Source: a virus. From it: 64,000 nt of DNA. A program made the position numbers and the translations under genes. Positions 38,037 to 47,089 of the stretch are shown piece after piece. Within the stretch, counting starts at the first letter, position 1. The number at the start of each line of letters is the position of its first letter. Below the pieces are notes generated by a model that was not told the origin of the DNA, did no database searches, and saw nothing but the letters and a program-made list of their open reading frames with translations. The DNA lies in IMG/VR virus record IMGVR_UViG_3300042482_001698, positions 1-64,000 of that record. One strand, given 5' to 3'.

Positions 38037-38861
38037 ATGAAGTACCCAGAGGACTTTCTAAACAAAATCATCCACGGCGACTGCTTGGATTTGATGCAGA
38101 CGATGCCAGAAAACTGCATTGATCTGATAGTTACCAGCCCACCGTATAACATCGGCAAGCCGTATTCTGGGTACAACGATAGTCTGGATTTTGCCGACTA
38201 CCACCAATGGCTCAGGAAGATGTGCCATGCGATGTACAGGGTCATCAAGCCCAACAGCAACATCTTCGTGAACATCTGTGACGTTGGCATTTCCAACAAA
38301 GATGCGAAAGGCGAGCATAGGATTGGCGAGCGGGGAAACTTTTACGTTGTTCCCAATCACACGGTTGTCATCGGTGAAATGATTGCTTTGGGCGGTCAGT
38401 ACCTCAATCCGATCATCTGGAAGAAGCCAAGTAACCACAACGCTCAGTTTGGTGCGAATGCTCGGTTCTGTGGTACTTATCCATATCCCAAGAACTGCCA
38501 TGTCCCATCGGAGATAGAGTACATTCTGCATTTCCGAAAGAACGGCTTGTACGAGAAGGTTGACAAACAAAAGAAGGAGCAGAGCAAAATTACCAAGGAA
38601 CGGTGGATGCAGTTGTCGGGGCAGATTTGGGAGTTCAACGGAGTCGTCGGAAGTAAGGGCCATCCCGCACAGTTTCCGATGGAACTACCACTTCGTTGTA
38701 TTGAGGGTTGGAGTTTCATTGAAGATGTAGTCCTTGATCCGTTTTTGGGTGTGGGGACGACTGCTTTGGCTTGCAAAAAGATGAACAGGCAATACATCGG
38801 CATGGATATTTCCAAAGAGTATTGCGATATGGCGATCAAGCATTTGGAAGAGGCTGTATGA
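38037..38861 (+). CDS. DNA methyltransferase, beta class (SPPY, probably N4-cytosine)
   Basis: IIHGDCL, TSPPYN, HPAQFP, VLDPFLGVGTT; visibly higher GC than its neighbours. Confidence 0.92.
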   Translation: MKYPEDFLNKIIHGDCLDLMQTMPENCIDLIVTSPPYNIGKPYSGYNDSLDFADYHQWLRKMCHAMYRVIKPNSNIFVNICDVGISNKDAKGEHRIGERGNFYVVPNHTVVIGEMIALGGQYLNPIIWKKPSNHNAQFGANARFCGTYPYPKNCHVPSEIEYILHFRKNGLYEKVDKQKKEQSKITKERWMQLSGQIWEFNGVVGSKGHPAQFPMELPLRCIEGWSFIEDVVLDPFLGVGTTALACKKMNRQYIGMDISKEYCDMAIKHLEEAV

Positions 38862-38994
38862 TACAGGTCATTCACGGCGAGATTTGGGGTGAAGCCTTCC
38901 TGCAAGAACTGCTCGCAGGGAGCAAAACTTAGGTTTGTAGCCCTTGAAAGAGGGCGATTTTGGAGTCCCATGATTTTCATGGGTTTTAGAAAGC

Positions 38995-40173
38995 ATGATG
39001 TTTTCCACTATTTTAACTTTGGCTGCATCTTTTTTAGGAATATGGGCTTTCTGTAAGTATGTTGTTTTCATTGAAATGAGAGTAGACGGTAACACGTTCA
39101 AGACTCTTTATGATTATTTTAAGGATGAAAATAAATTTGTTTTGTATGAGGAATTTACTTCAGAAGCACAATATCCTGTTTTCTATTCTGTTTTCTGTTT
39201 GCCCAAGTCAGTTCCATTTTTTTTCTTGACTCGTAATGAGCGTCTATTTCAAGCAGGTTGGCAGAGCAAAGACTATTTAACGGTGATCACTTGTTTAAGG
39301 TGGGATTATAATAGATTCAAGAATTTTTTAAATGTTGGTTTGAAAGATGCCAGCTTCAAAATAAGTGGTGTTCCAATTCGATTGTTGTTGCCTTTTGGAA
39401 CTGATAAGATTGGTTCTCTGAAAATAAGAATGAATGAACCAATGATAGATCCTGTTTTATGGCGGGACTTCGACAATGAAGTTGGTGAAATGCTTGCTGG
39501 CAAGAGGATGAAGACAAGCGCACTTCTTCATGGTTTGCCGGGAACTGGTAAAACATCTTTAGTCAAATATTTGTCAACGAAATATGATTTGCCAATTATG
39601 ATTTTTACTTTGAATCCAGAGTGGAACAACCATGACCTTTTGTTTATGTTTTCAAACATTCCATCAAAATGCATAGTTCTTATGGAAGATTTTGATAATT
39701 ATTTTAATAAAAGACAATGCACTATGGGTAATGACAGGAATTATATTAAATTTACTTTTGATATAATTCTTAATGGTTTAGATGGCGTTTATAACACTTA
39801 TGATAAAGTCGTTTTCATTATGACTGTTAATGATATCGATAAGGTTGATGATGCTTTGAAGAATAGACCGAGTCGTTTCAAATTCGTCAAGCATTTTGAC
39901 AATCCATCTTTTGAGGCTAGGGACAGGATATTGGGAAGAGATTGGGCTGATTTGACAGCAGGAATGAATTTGGATCAAATCTATCGGATTAAGGAATACC
40001 AAGATCAAGGACTGACTTTCAAAGAAGTTATGCTGAAATTAGGAAAAAATATTGATTGTACGCAAATCAATAGAATTGCTGAAAACATTTATCGGCGTAG
40101 AATGGCGTTTAATTTGCCCGGAAACGACAGAGAAGATTGGTTTGCTGCCGAGAATATAATCACATCAAAGTAA
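38995..40173 (+). CDS. BCS1-like membrane-anchored AAA ATPase with C-terminal DUF2934-like domain
   Basis: N-terminal TM, LLHGLPGTGKTS, LMEDFD, ILNGLDG, MTVN, RPSRF; tail INRIAENIY...GNDREDWFAAE. Confidence 0.8.
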   Translation: MMFSTILTLAASFLGIWAFCKYVVFIEMRVDGNTFKTLYDYFKDENKFVLYEEFTSEAQYPVFYSVFCLPKSVPFFFLTRNERLFQAGWQSKDYLTVITCLRWDYNRFKNFLNVGLKDASFKISGVPIRLLLPFGTDKIGSLKIRMNEPMIDPVLWRDFDNEVGEMLAGKRMKTSALLHGLPGTGKTSLVKYLSTKYDLPIMIFTLNPEWNNHDLLFMFSNIPSKCIVLMEDFDNYFNKRQCTMGNDRNYIKFTFDIILNGLDGVYNTYDKVVFIMTVNDIDKVDDALKNRPSRFKFVKHFDNPSFEARDRILGRDWADLTAGMNLDQIYRIKEYQDQGLTFKEVMLKLGKNIDCTQINRIAENIYRRRMAFNLPGNDREDWFAAENIITSK

Positions 40174-41107
40174 AATCTACATATTCTATTTCCATTATTT
40201 CTCTTGGAAATTTCTTACCGTTTGCTAAATCTTGATCATCACTTTTTTGCCATTTTTCTTTAATGCGGCGAAGAATTCTTGGGTTATGTGCGAAGAATAA
40301 TTCCACATCATGTTTGATGATATTTTCACGCATGATTGTTAGGCCAACGCTTTGAAACATTTTTTTATAACTTTTTATTGGATTTAGAAATGCTTGTGTT
40401 TTCAATGATTTTATTCCCATTTCGTATAATTCATTTTCTGTAAAAACGAGATGTATAAATGCTTTGTTTAGTGTTGTGTGAGTGTGGCATCCATGTCTGC
40501 TCGTCCATGGATGGCAGCGGATGAATATTCGACCAGCCTCTGATTTTATTTCATTTATTTTTTTGAGTGAATTTTCAAAATCTTGTGCATGATCTAAAAC
40601 ATCATTTATCACAATCACGTCATATGGACCATTTTCTATAATTTCTGACCATTTGGTTGTATAGATTAGATTGGGGTCTTTTTTAAAATTGGTCCATTTT
40701 TTTTCTTCAATATCATATCCAACAACTTTTTTAGTTCCGAATAGATTATTAGCAACATAACAGAGATGGCCTTCTCCGCAGCCAAAATCTAAAACTTTTT
40801 TATCTGTTATGTCAGTTGTGACTAATGAGTTTAATATTGCTGCTGCCTTGTGTAATTTTTCTTCATCATTGTCTCCAACAATTTCTGATTCATCAATTGC
40901 TTCGGGCCATGCGCCAGTTTTTGATAAAATTCTCAGTTCTGTTAATTCTCGAAGTTTTTCATCATTCGATTCTGGTTCGGCGATCAAAGCATTTTCTTGT
41001 TCAAGAAATCGATTCATAAAAACCAACATATTTTCAAGTGTGCTTATGAATTGCTTAACATTTTTTATTTCCATTGATACCTTTTGATTTGTTGGATTAT
41101 TTTTCAT
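40160..41107 (-). CDS. Class I SAM-dependent methyltransferase
   Basis: VLDFGCGEG, GYDI, YDVIVINDVLDH. Confidence 0.85.
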   Translation of the reverse strand: MKNNPTNQKVSMEIKNVKQFISTLENMLVFMNRFLEQENALIAEPESNDEKLRELTELRILSKTGAWPEAIDESEIVGDNDEEKLHKAAAILNSLVTTDITDKKVLDFGCGEGHLCYVANNLFGTKKVVGYDIEEKKWTNFKKDPNLIYTTKWSEIIENGPYDVIVINDVLDHAQDFENSLKKINEIKSEAGRIFIRCHPWTSRHGCHTHTTLNKAFIHLVFTENELYEMGIKSLKTQAFLNPIKSYKKMFQSVGLTIMRENIIKHDVELFFAHNPRILRRIKEKWQKSDDQDLANGKKFPREIMEIEYVDFTLM

Positions 41108-41169
41108 GATTTACACTCATATAGAAGTGATATAATTAATTTTATATAATATTTTATAATTGGCAAATC

Positions 41170-41436
41170 ATGAAAAAAATTGAATTAATGAAAATTTATA
41201 GTGAAGATTTTCAAAAAGAAGTCACAATGGTTTCTGTTGATGGAGAGGTTTTTGATTGGGGTATAGACCCTAATGCATTAGTTCAAGCGAAAGCAACTAT
41301 TTCTAATCATAATGAATTATCTGAGTCTATAGTTTTATCTATGATAGATCATTTTCTTGAATGTTTTTCAGAATTTATTGGAAGAGATATAAATCTTGAA
41401 GAATTCAATAATGCTGTGAGAGAGGGAAAATTATAA
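41170..41436 (+). CDS. Hypothetical protein
   Basis: 88-aa ORF. Confidence 0.65.
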   Translation: MKKIELMKIYSEDFQKEVTMVSVDGEVFDWGIDPNALVQAKATISNHNELSESIVLSMIDHFLECFSEFIGRDINLEEFNNAVREGKL

Positions 41437-41969
41437 TGATTATTTTTGAAGAAAATGACGATAGATTTTACATCAAGGAATCAACCATAAAGACGGCGGG
41501 GAAAGGTCTTTTTGCTAAAAGAAAAATTGAAAAAGATGAATATTTGCCAATTAGTGGCATTATGGTCAAAAGAAATTCTATTGCTGATGAATGCACATAT
41601 TTTTTCAATTCATATAAATTCGCAGCTAATATGAAGAAAAAAGGTGATTTGGTTGATATTGGAGAATATGTTATTGTTCCTCTTGGCTATGCTGGAATTG
41701 TCAATCATATTGACAGTTTAACATTACAAGGTGTTGAAATTCGTTATTGTGGTGATCAATATCCGCAGAAAACTCCACATGCTGGCAAAGCTGTTTATTG
41801 GTTTTTACGAGACATTGAAAAGGATGAGGAAATATTTGGTAATTATGGACAAGGATGGAATAATGTTTTAGATTGGGTTAATGAAGTTCACAATAAAACT
41901 GGCTATGCTAAAAAGTCTTGGCAAGAATTTTTAGATTTTGATTTGTACAATATGAAAGAATTAATTTAG
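41436..41969 (+). CDS. SET-domain protein (lysine methyltransferase-like)
   Basis: IKESTI..AGKGLFAKR.I, GIVNH, LRDIEKDEEIFGNYG. Confidence 0.85.
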   Translation: MIIFEENDDRFYIKESTIKTAGKGLFAKRKIEKDEYLPISGIMVKRNSIADECTYFFNSYKFAANMKKKGDLVDIGEYVIVPLGYAGIVNHIDSLTLQGVEIRYCGDQYPQKTPHAGKAVYWFLRDIEKDEEIFGNYGQGWNNVLDWVNEVHNKTGYAKKSWQEFLDFDLYNMKELI

Positions 41970-41984
41970 CTTAAGGCAAAATTT

Positions 41985-42506
41985 ATGGAAACATTTGATT
42001 TTGGGAAAACAAAGCTTATTGCTTTGGTTTTTGATTTATCTATAGCTCATGATAAAAAAGGGCGAAGAATTATCGATGGAATCAAAAGTCAAATTGTTAA
42101 AAAAATATCAAAAAGCAATGAAGAGGTTTTATTTTTTTTGAATAAAATACCAAAACATTGTGGGGAAAGTGTTCAAGAAGTTGCTTCATATCAAGATCCA
42201 ATTGATTTTAATATTGGTGAAACTGTTAAGAAAATAACTAAAATTATTGGAGAAACATCTGAAGATAAAGAAAAGTATGTTTTATTTATTACTGATCGAT
42301 TTAAGGATAAATTCAAAGGTCACTACAAGTCAATTTTTAATTTGAAGAAATATAAAAATTATGATTTTACCATTTCATTTGTCGGTTTTGGTAAAAACTA
42401 TGACCGTTCAATTTTAGAATCATTAGTATTAGAATGTGAAGGAAATTTTCAACATATTGATTTAGCAGAAGATTTGTCTTTTATTTTTGAAAAGATGGGA
42501 GTTTAA
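41985..42506 (+). CDS. vWA-like protein (degenerate MIDAS)
   Basis: IALVFDLS, VLFITD, FVGFGKNYD...L..L. Confidence 0.55.
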   Translation: METFDFGKTKLIALVFDLSIAHDKKGRRIIDGIKSQIVKKISKSNEEVLFFLNKIPKHCGESVQEVASYQDPIDFNIGETVKKITKIIGETSEDKEKYVLFITDRFKDKFKGHYKSIFNLKKYKNYDFTISFVGFGKNYDRSILESLVLECEGNFQHIDLAEDLSFIFEKMGV

Positions 42507-43292
42507 GTGGTAGATAAAATTTTTGTTGGTAAGCCGATTGAAAATAAACCGTTTTACATGTCGCCAGTTGAAATAATTATTCCTTTTCACAATGAGCAAT
42601 CAAAAGTAATTGACCTTATTAATGATATATTTATTACTGTGCAAAAGAACATGTATGTTATTACGCTTGTTGATGATGGTTCGGATAATAAGAATTTTTT
42701 AAAACAATTGCGAGAAAAAAAGGTTGAGGGTCTTCGTTTTTTGAGTCATGATAAATGCAAGGGTTTTGGAGCATCTGTAAATACTGCTTTGAGAAATCCT
42801 CACAATAAAAACATTCCCTTTGTTGTTATTATGCATTCTGACGTTAGAGTCAAAGATAACAACTGGTTGTTTAATCTTGGCCAAACACTTGTTTCAATGA
42901 AAAATAACGGCGTGAAAATGATTTCATCTTTGACAGATAATCCTATGGCTGATGTCGCAGCGTTATGTGGCGAAAAAGGTGTTGTGAAAAATGATGTTGT
43001 TTTGTCAAATGGTTATTTGCCTATGTATTGTGTTATTGCAAATAGAGAATTATTTAACAGAATCGGTTTTCTAAAAGAATTTCCATATGCTGGAACAGAA
43101 GCAGAAGAATTTGCCTACAGAATGCGATCCAAGGGGTTTAAACAAGGAGTTTGCGGCAGTAGTTGGGTTCATCACATTGGCGGCGCAACATTGAAACAAT
43201 ATGAAAATGATAAGAAAGTTAACAAAATATTGCGAAATACATATGAAGAGTATTTGCTGACACACAAAAACACAAACGATAATAATATATAA
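42507..43292 (+). CDS. Glycosyltransferase family 2
   Basis: EIIIPFHN, LVDDGS, GFGASVN, MHSDV, WVHHIGGAT. Confidence 0.85.
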   Translation: MVDKIFVGKPIENKPFYMSPVEIIIPFHNEQSKVIDLINDIFITVQKNMYVITLVDDGSDNKNFLKQLREKKVEGLRFLSHDKCKGFGASVNTALRNPHNKNIPFVVIMHSDVRVKDNNWLFNLGQTLVSMKNNGVKMISSLTDNPMADVAALCGEKGVVKNDVVLSNGYLPMYCVIANRELFNRIGFLKEFPYAGTEAEEFAYRMRSKGFKQGVCGSSWVHHIGGATLKQYENDKKVNKILRNTYEEYLLTHKNTNDNNI

Positions 43293-43315
43293 TGTATCTT
43301 ACATAGGAGGTTTTC

Positions 43316-43471
43316 ATGCGTTGCAAAAAAGAAGACAACACTTATACCACTACGACTTGGAAATACTACACTGCTCAGTGTACTAGAAATCAACAGGCTC
43401 TTGGCATTTGTTCAGGAGTTTCTGGCGCATGGGTTGCAGCGACCGTCGTCTGTAGCTTAAGGCTTTTTTGA
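43316..43471 (+). CDS. Small Cys/Thr-rich peptide (51 aa), not in the ORF track
   Basis: AGGAGG RBS; MRCKKEDNTYTTTTWKYYTAQCTRNQQALGICSGVSGAWVAATVVCSLRLF; followed by a terminator. Confidence 0.65.
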   Translation: MRCKKEDNTYTTTTWKYYTAQCTRNQQALGICSGVSGAWVAATVVCSLRLF

Positions 43472-43497
43472 TTGATTTTAAAATAATTTTTTAAACG

Positions 43498-43528
43498 ATG
43501 ACTGGCTTTATGCCAGTCATTTTTTTTT
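43498..43528 (+). terminator. Intrinsic terminator
   Basis: ATGACTGGC-tttat-GCCAGTCAT plus T run. Confidence 0.8.
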
Positions 43529-43585
43529 GTCTTGACAATTAATTTAAATATTTGTAATATAAAAAAATCAACACGGAGAAGACTT

Positions 43586-44224
43586 GTGATTGACCTGATT
43601 AAGAAAATTTTTGCCGATCTAAATCAATTTTGTTTTTCAAATAAAATTATAATGCCTGAATTTCAATTGGACGTTGTGAGAAAATTTAATTTTCGTTGGA
43701 TTAGTGATGATGAAGTTTTATGTATTGGTTCAGCGTCAATTGACATGAATAAGCGTGAAATTTGTGTGGCTATGTTGCACGAAATGATTCACATGTATAA
43801 TTATTCACTTCGCATTCAAGATGTTAACGAAAATCAATATCATAACAAAAAATTTATGAATATGGCTATAAATTTGGGATTGGGAATATTTAAAGATAAA
43901 AACCAAGGATGGTCAATTACTACGCTCGATCAATCTAATGATAAAGATGTTAAGATTGATACTGCCAAGAATAAAGAACTTATTAATTATATAGAAAAGA
44001 TTAATATTGATACACACAAATTGTCTCTTGATTATAATGCTATGCGTGAATCAATTGCTTCCTTGAAGCCTTCAAAGGTTTTCTTTTTAAAGTACGAATG
44101 TCGTTGTCCCGCTCCTTTCAACAGTATTCGTTCTGGGAGAAGGCCAGACGGTAATAATGCTCCAGAGATTACATGTGAGCGATGCAAAAGTAAATTTACT
44201 TGTGTTTCCCCGCTTGATGATTAG
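43586..44224 (+). CDS. SprT-like metalloprotease
   Basis: MLHEMIH, YHNKKF, C-terminal CxC...CxxC; TTGACA-17 nt-TAATAT promoter at 43532. Confidence 0.75.
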   Translation: MIDLIKKIFADLNQFCFSNKIIMPEFQLDVVRKFNFRWISDDEVLCIGSASIDMNKREICVAMLHEMIHMYNYSLRIQDVNENQYHNKKFMNMAINLGLGIFKDKNQGWSITTLDQSNDKDVKIDTAKNKELINYIEKINIDTHKLSLDYNAMRESIASLKPSKVFFLKYECRCPAPFNSIRSGRRPDGNNAPEITCERCKSKFTCVSPLDD

Positions 44225-44603
44225 CATGAGGCAATTCCAATTCTGCTTCTGGATCGATTCTTTTGATTATTTTCTGAAAAACTAAATATAGCAATATTGT
44301 GATGATTGTGAATTCAAGAAATGAATTGAGAATTTTTCCTATTTCTATTTCCATGCCTTCCAAAGGAATAAAAATTAAGCTGCGCCAATTGCCATTCGTA
44401 GCAGATAGCGTGTAATTGATAATAGGCATAAGTAATGATTCTGTGATACAAGATGCAAACTTTTGTGTTTGAGTAGCAAGTATTAGTGCTAAAGCCATTA
44501 CAAAAAAGTTCTTCTTGTAAGCAAATTTCTTATAATCTTTAAATTCTTGTTGGATTTGTTCGCTTTTTATAAAATTTTTCTGATCCAATTCACATTCTTT
44601 CAT
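44196..44603 (-). CDS. mscL: MscL-family large-conductance mechanosensitive channel-like protein
   Basis: EFK..KKFAYKKN..MALALIL...LLMPII...IEIGKILNSFLEFTII. Confidence 0.75.
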   Translation of the reverse strand: MKECELDQKNFIKSEQIQQEFKDYKKFAYKKNFFVMALALILATQTQKFASCITESLLMPIINYTLSATNGNWRSLIFIPLEGMEIEIGKILNSFLEFTIITILLYLVFQKIIKRIDPEAELELPHANHQAGKHK

Positions 44604-44959
44604 GGAATATCCTTAAAATTTTATCTATTTTTATTTTGCGAAATATTGGCAAATGGTTGTCTTGACTAATTAAATTAGTCGCCATTAAAAAATTTTAAAA
44701 TTTTCTCAAACCAAATCACATATAGTGTCTAGAAGAAAATGATCGACCAATCTGAGGAGGTAAGACATATGTTTGTATATGGGTTTATATCAAAAGTTTC
44801 CCAAAATATTATTTCTTTGGACGATTTTTTTTGTCGTTTGGGACTAGCTTTGAGGAAGTTTTGAGTATACAACAAACACATGGTTTTTCGCCAAGGTGTT
44901 CGGGCAATCTTCTTGAATGTTTTGGCAAAGCCACTATGAAGCCATTGACGGGACTCATA

Positions 44960-45006
44960 GGAAAGAAATCCGTCTTCCGTTGACGGACGGACGGACGCAT
45001 AGACGG
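44960..45006 (+). repeat. Dispersed element, copy D, with (GACG)4 extension
   Basis: GGAAAGAAATCCGTCTTCCGTTGACGGACGGACGGACG...GACGG. Confidence 0.85.
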
Positions 45007-45044
45007 ATCGTTATGGTTTGTTTCCTTTACAGCGAGGTTTTATC

Positions 45045-46274
45045 ATGTCGAAGATCAAGGAAGATTTATCTGTGAGCAATTTACCTTTGCCAGAAGGTAG
45101 TCAGCATCTGACTGGGAATCTTTTCATGGTTCCGTTTTCCAGTATTAGGGCACCAGAAGGGAACCCTAGACTTTTGACAGAGAGTGGTCTTGCCAACATC
45201 ATTGATAAGCAGTTGGCGAATGAGCTTCGAGAAAGCATTAAGAATAATACACTGCTCAATCCTTTGGTTTGTCGTTGGACTAAAGACGAAAACGGTAATT
45301 TGTTTCCGATTGTCGAAGGCGGTGATCGTCGATATCGTTCGTTAGATTATTTGATCCGTCGCAAGGAAATTGTTGTTGATCCTCGCAACATCAAGGTGGA
45401 TGAAAATGGACAATGGCATCGAAGTATGGTCCCAGCCAACGAAGCTTACGAGTTTGTTCCGTGTCAAGTATTTTTCTGCAACAACGATTTAGAGGCTTTG
45501 GCACTAGCTTGGGCAGATAATAAAAATCGTGTAAATTTGACGGAAGGACATGAGATTGCTGAAGTTATTAAGCTTCGTGATGTAGGCGCTAAAGATGCTG
45601 ATATTATGAACATTCTTCAGCGAGATCAGAAATGGTTGGCCGATACTGATCGGTTAATCGGCTCTCTTGATCACAGTAGTTTGGCCGATCTCATCGAGGG
45701 TAGGCTTGATCGAAATGCAGCGATTGAACTTGCAGCAATCAATGATATAGAGATTAGGGACAAGGTAAGAATTGCTGCCAATGAATCCTCGACAGAGACA
45801 TGGGGTCGTAAGATTTATCGTTTGCAGCGGAGAATCACCCAAGTTGTTGAGGAGAACGAAAAGGCAAAGGGTGATCTTGTTTTTTCTGAAACATCTGAAG
45901 AAAAGCAAGAGGCACAAGAGCGGATTGATCAGACAGAAGCGCAAAGTCGGGCCATTGCTCGACAACGAGATGAAACTAGGCCTGTCACGACTTCGAGAGC
46001 GGTTATTGATGCCAGTAATCAAATTGCTGGCACAAGACCTCGCCCTGTAGGAAAACGAGGCCCTAAGGGTGGTCCTCGTCGCATGAGAGAAATCAAGATT
46101 AAAGAGGGTCGTGATCTTTTTGTTGAGCTTTTGAAAAACAATGGCGAAGCACCTGATGGTTCTTTTACAGCCAGTGTTGAATCACTCAAATTGTTAATCA
46201 AGGTCATAAACGACAATATTTTAAACAATAATCCTGATTGGGCTGCAACAATTAGAAAGCATTATTCTGCTTAA
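45045..46274 (+). CDS. ParB/Srx-domain protein
   Basis: NPR...ELRESIKNNTLLNPLVC...IVEGGDRRYRS...DN..R.NL; coiled coil and basic C-terminus. Confidence 0.75.
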   Translation: MSKIKEDLSVSNLPLPEGSQHLTGNLFMVPFSSIRAPEGNPRLLTESGLANIIDKQLANELRESIKNNTLLNPLVCRWTKDENGNLFPIVEGGDRRYRSLDYLIRRKEIVVDPRNIKVDENGQWHRSMVPANEAYEFVPCQVFFCNNDLEALALAWADNKNRVNLTEGHEIAEVIKLRDVGAKDADIMNILQRDQKWLADTDRLIGSLDHSSLADLIEGRLDRNAAIELAAINDIEIRDKVRIAANESSTETWGRKIYRLQRRITQVVEENEKAKGDLVFSETSEEKQEAQERIDQTEAQSRAIARQRDETRPVTTSRAVIDASNQIAGTRPRPVGKRGPKGGPRRMREIKIKEGRDLFVELLKNNGEAPDGSFTASVESLKLLIKVINDNILNNNPDWAATIRKHYSA

Positions 46275-46289
46275 AACATAGCTTTTAAC

Positions 46290-46335
46290 AAAAACAACAC
46301 TGCTTTTTTTAAAAAGCAGTGTTGTTTTATTTTTT
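46290..46335. terminator. Intrinsic terminator
   Basis: AAAACAACACTGCTTTTT/AAAAAGCAGTGTTGTTTT. Confidence 0.75.
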
Positions 46336-46353
46336 TATTGCATAAATATATCA

Positions 46354-46662
46354 ATGATTATCGCTTGTCCACATTGTGGTCATGATTTACACGAAAAGCT
46401 TAATGACGGTTTATCTAACTGTGATAAATGTCATCAATTTTTTGATTCTAGCGATTTAAATCAACTTCTTTCGGCAGGATGGCTAATACGAAAGCATCAC
46501 TATAATCTTGAGCAATTGAAATGGCACACTAAAATAGAAGATGATATGGCAATATTAGTTTTTGCATATGTATTAGACAATGACTACTCTCATCAAGAAT
46601 TTTTTACAATCTTGACAAAACTAGGTGTCGCAAACAAATGTTACATTAATTACGAAAAATAA
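46354..46662 (+). CDS. Zinc-ribbon protein
   Basis: CPHC...CDKC. Confidence 0.7.
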   Translation: MIIACPHCGHDLHEKLNDGLSNCDKCHQFFDSSDLNQLLSAGWLIRKHHYNLEQLKWHTKIEDDMAILVFAYVLDNDYSHQEFFTILTKLGVANKCYINYEK

Positions 46663-46908
46663 TCAATTTGATTGATCATCATCATCAGATGTAATTGCTG
46701 AAATTTGGCCAGTTGGCGCACGAGAATCAATCTCTACGACATTTGTTTCCAGTTCAGAACGAAGTACAGTTACCTCTTTCTGAGCCTGAATACCCAATCT
46801 GACTTTGTTCCTGTTGTCAATTCTTACAACCGTGATCCTTATGTCTTCTTTTAGACCCGGAACTTTTAGGATGATTTCTTCGTCCTTCTTTCGACTTAGC
46901 ACTAGCAT
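46663..46908 (-). CDS. csrA: Carbon storage regulator CsrA/RsmA
   Basis: MLVLSRKKDEEI...IRITVVRI...KVRLGIQA...VLRSEL. Confidence 0.9.
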   Translation of the reverse strand: MLVLSRKKDEEIILKVPGLKEDIRITVVRIDNRNKVRLGIQAQKEVTVLRSELETNVVEIDSRAPTGQISAITSDDDDQSN

Positions 46909-47089
46909 TTTACGTCCTTTCGTTGCTTTCCATGTGTTGTCGTAGACCATATTAATTGAGTCGATCTTTTGAAATTTTTTGTTCTTTTTAAAATATTTCC
47001 CAAAATAGGGCTTTACAACCAAAAAGGATTTATATATTAATTACTTACTGGCATTAAAAATTAACAACGCCAGCTTTAACAGGAGCAGA

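Noticed and set aside
38058-38980. Long antisense ORFs over the SPPY methylase
   Set aside because: A by-product of the higher GC content; no recognisable protein features.
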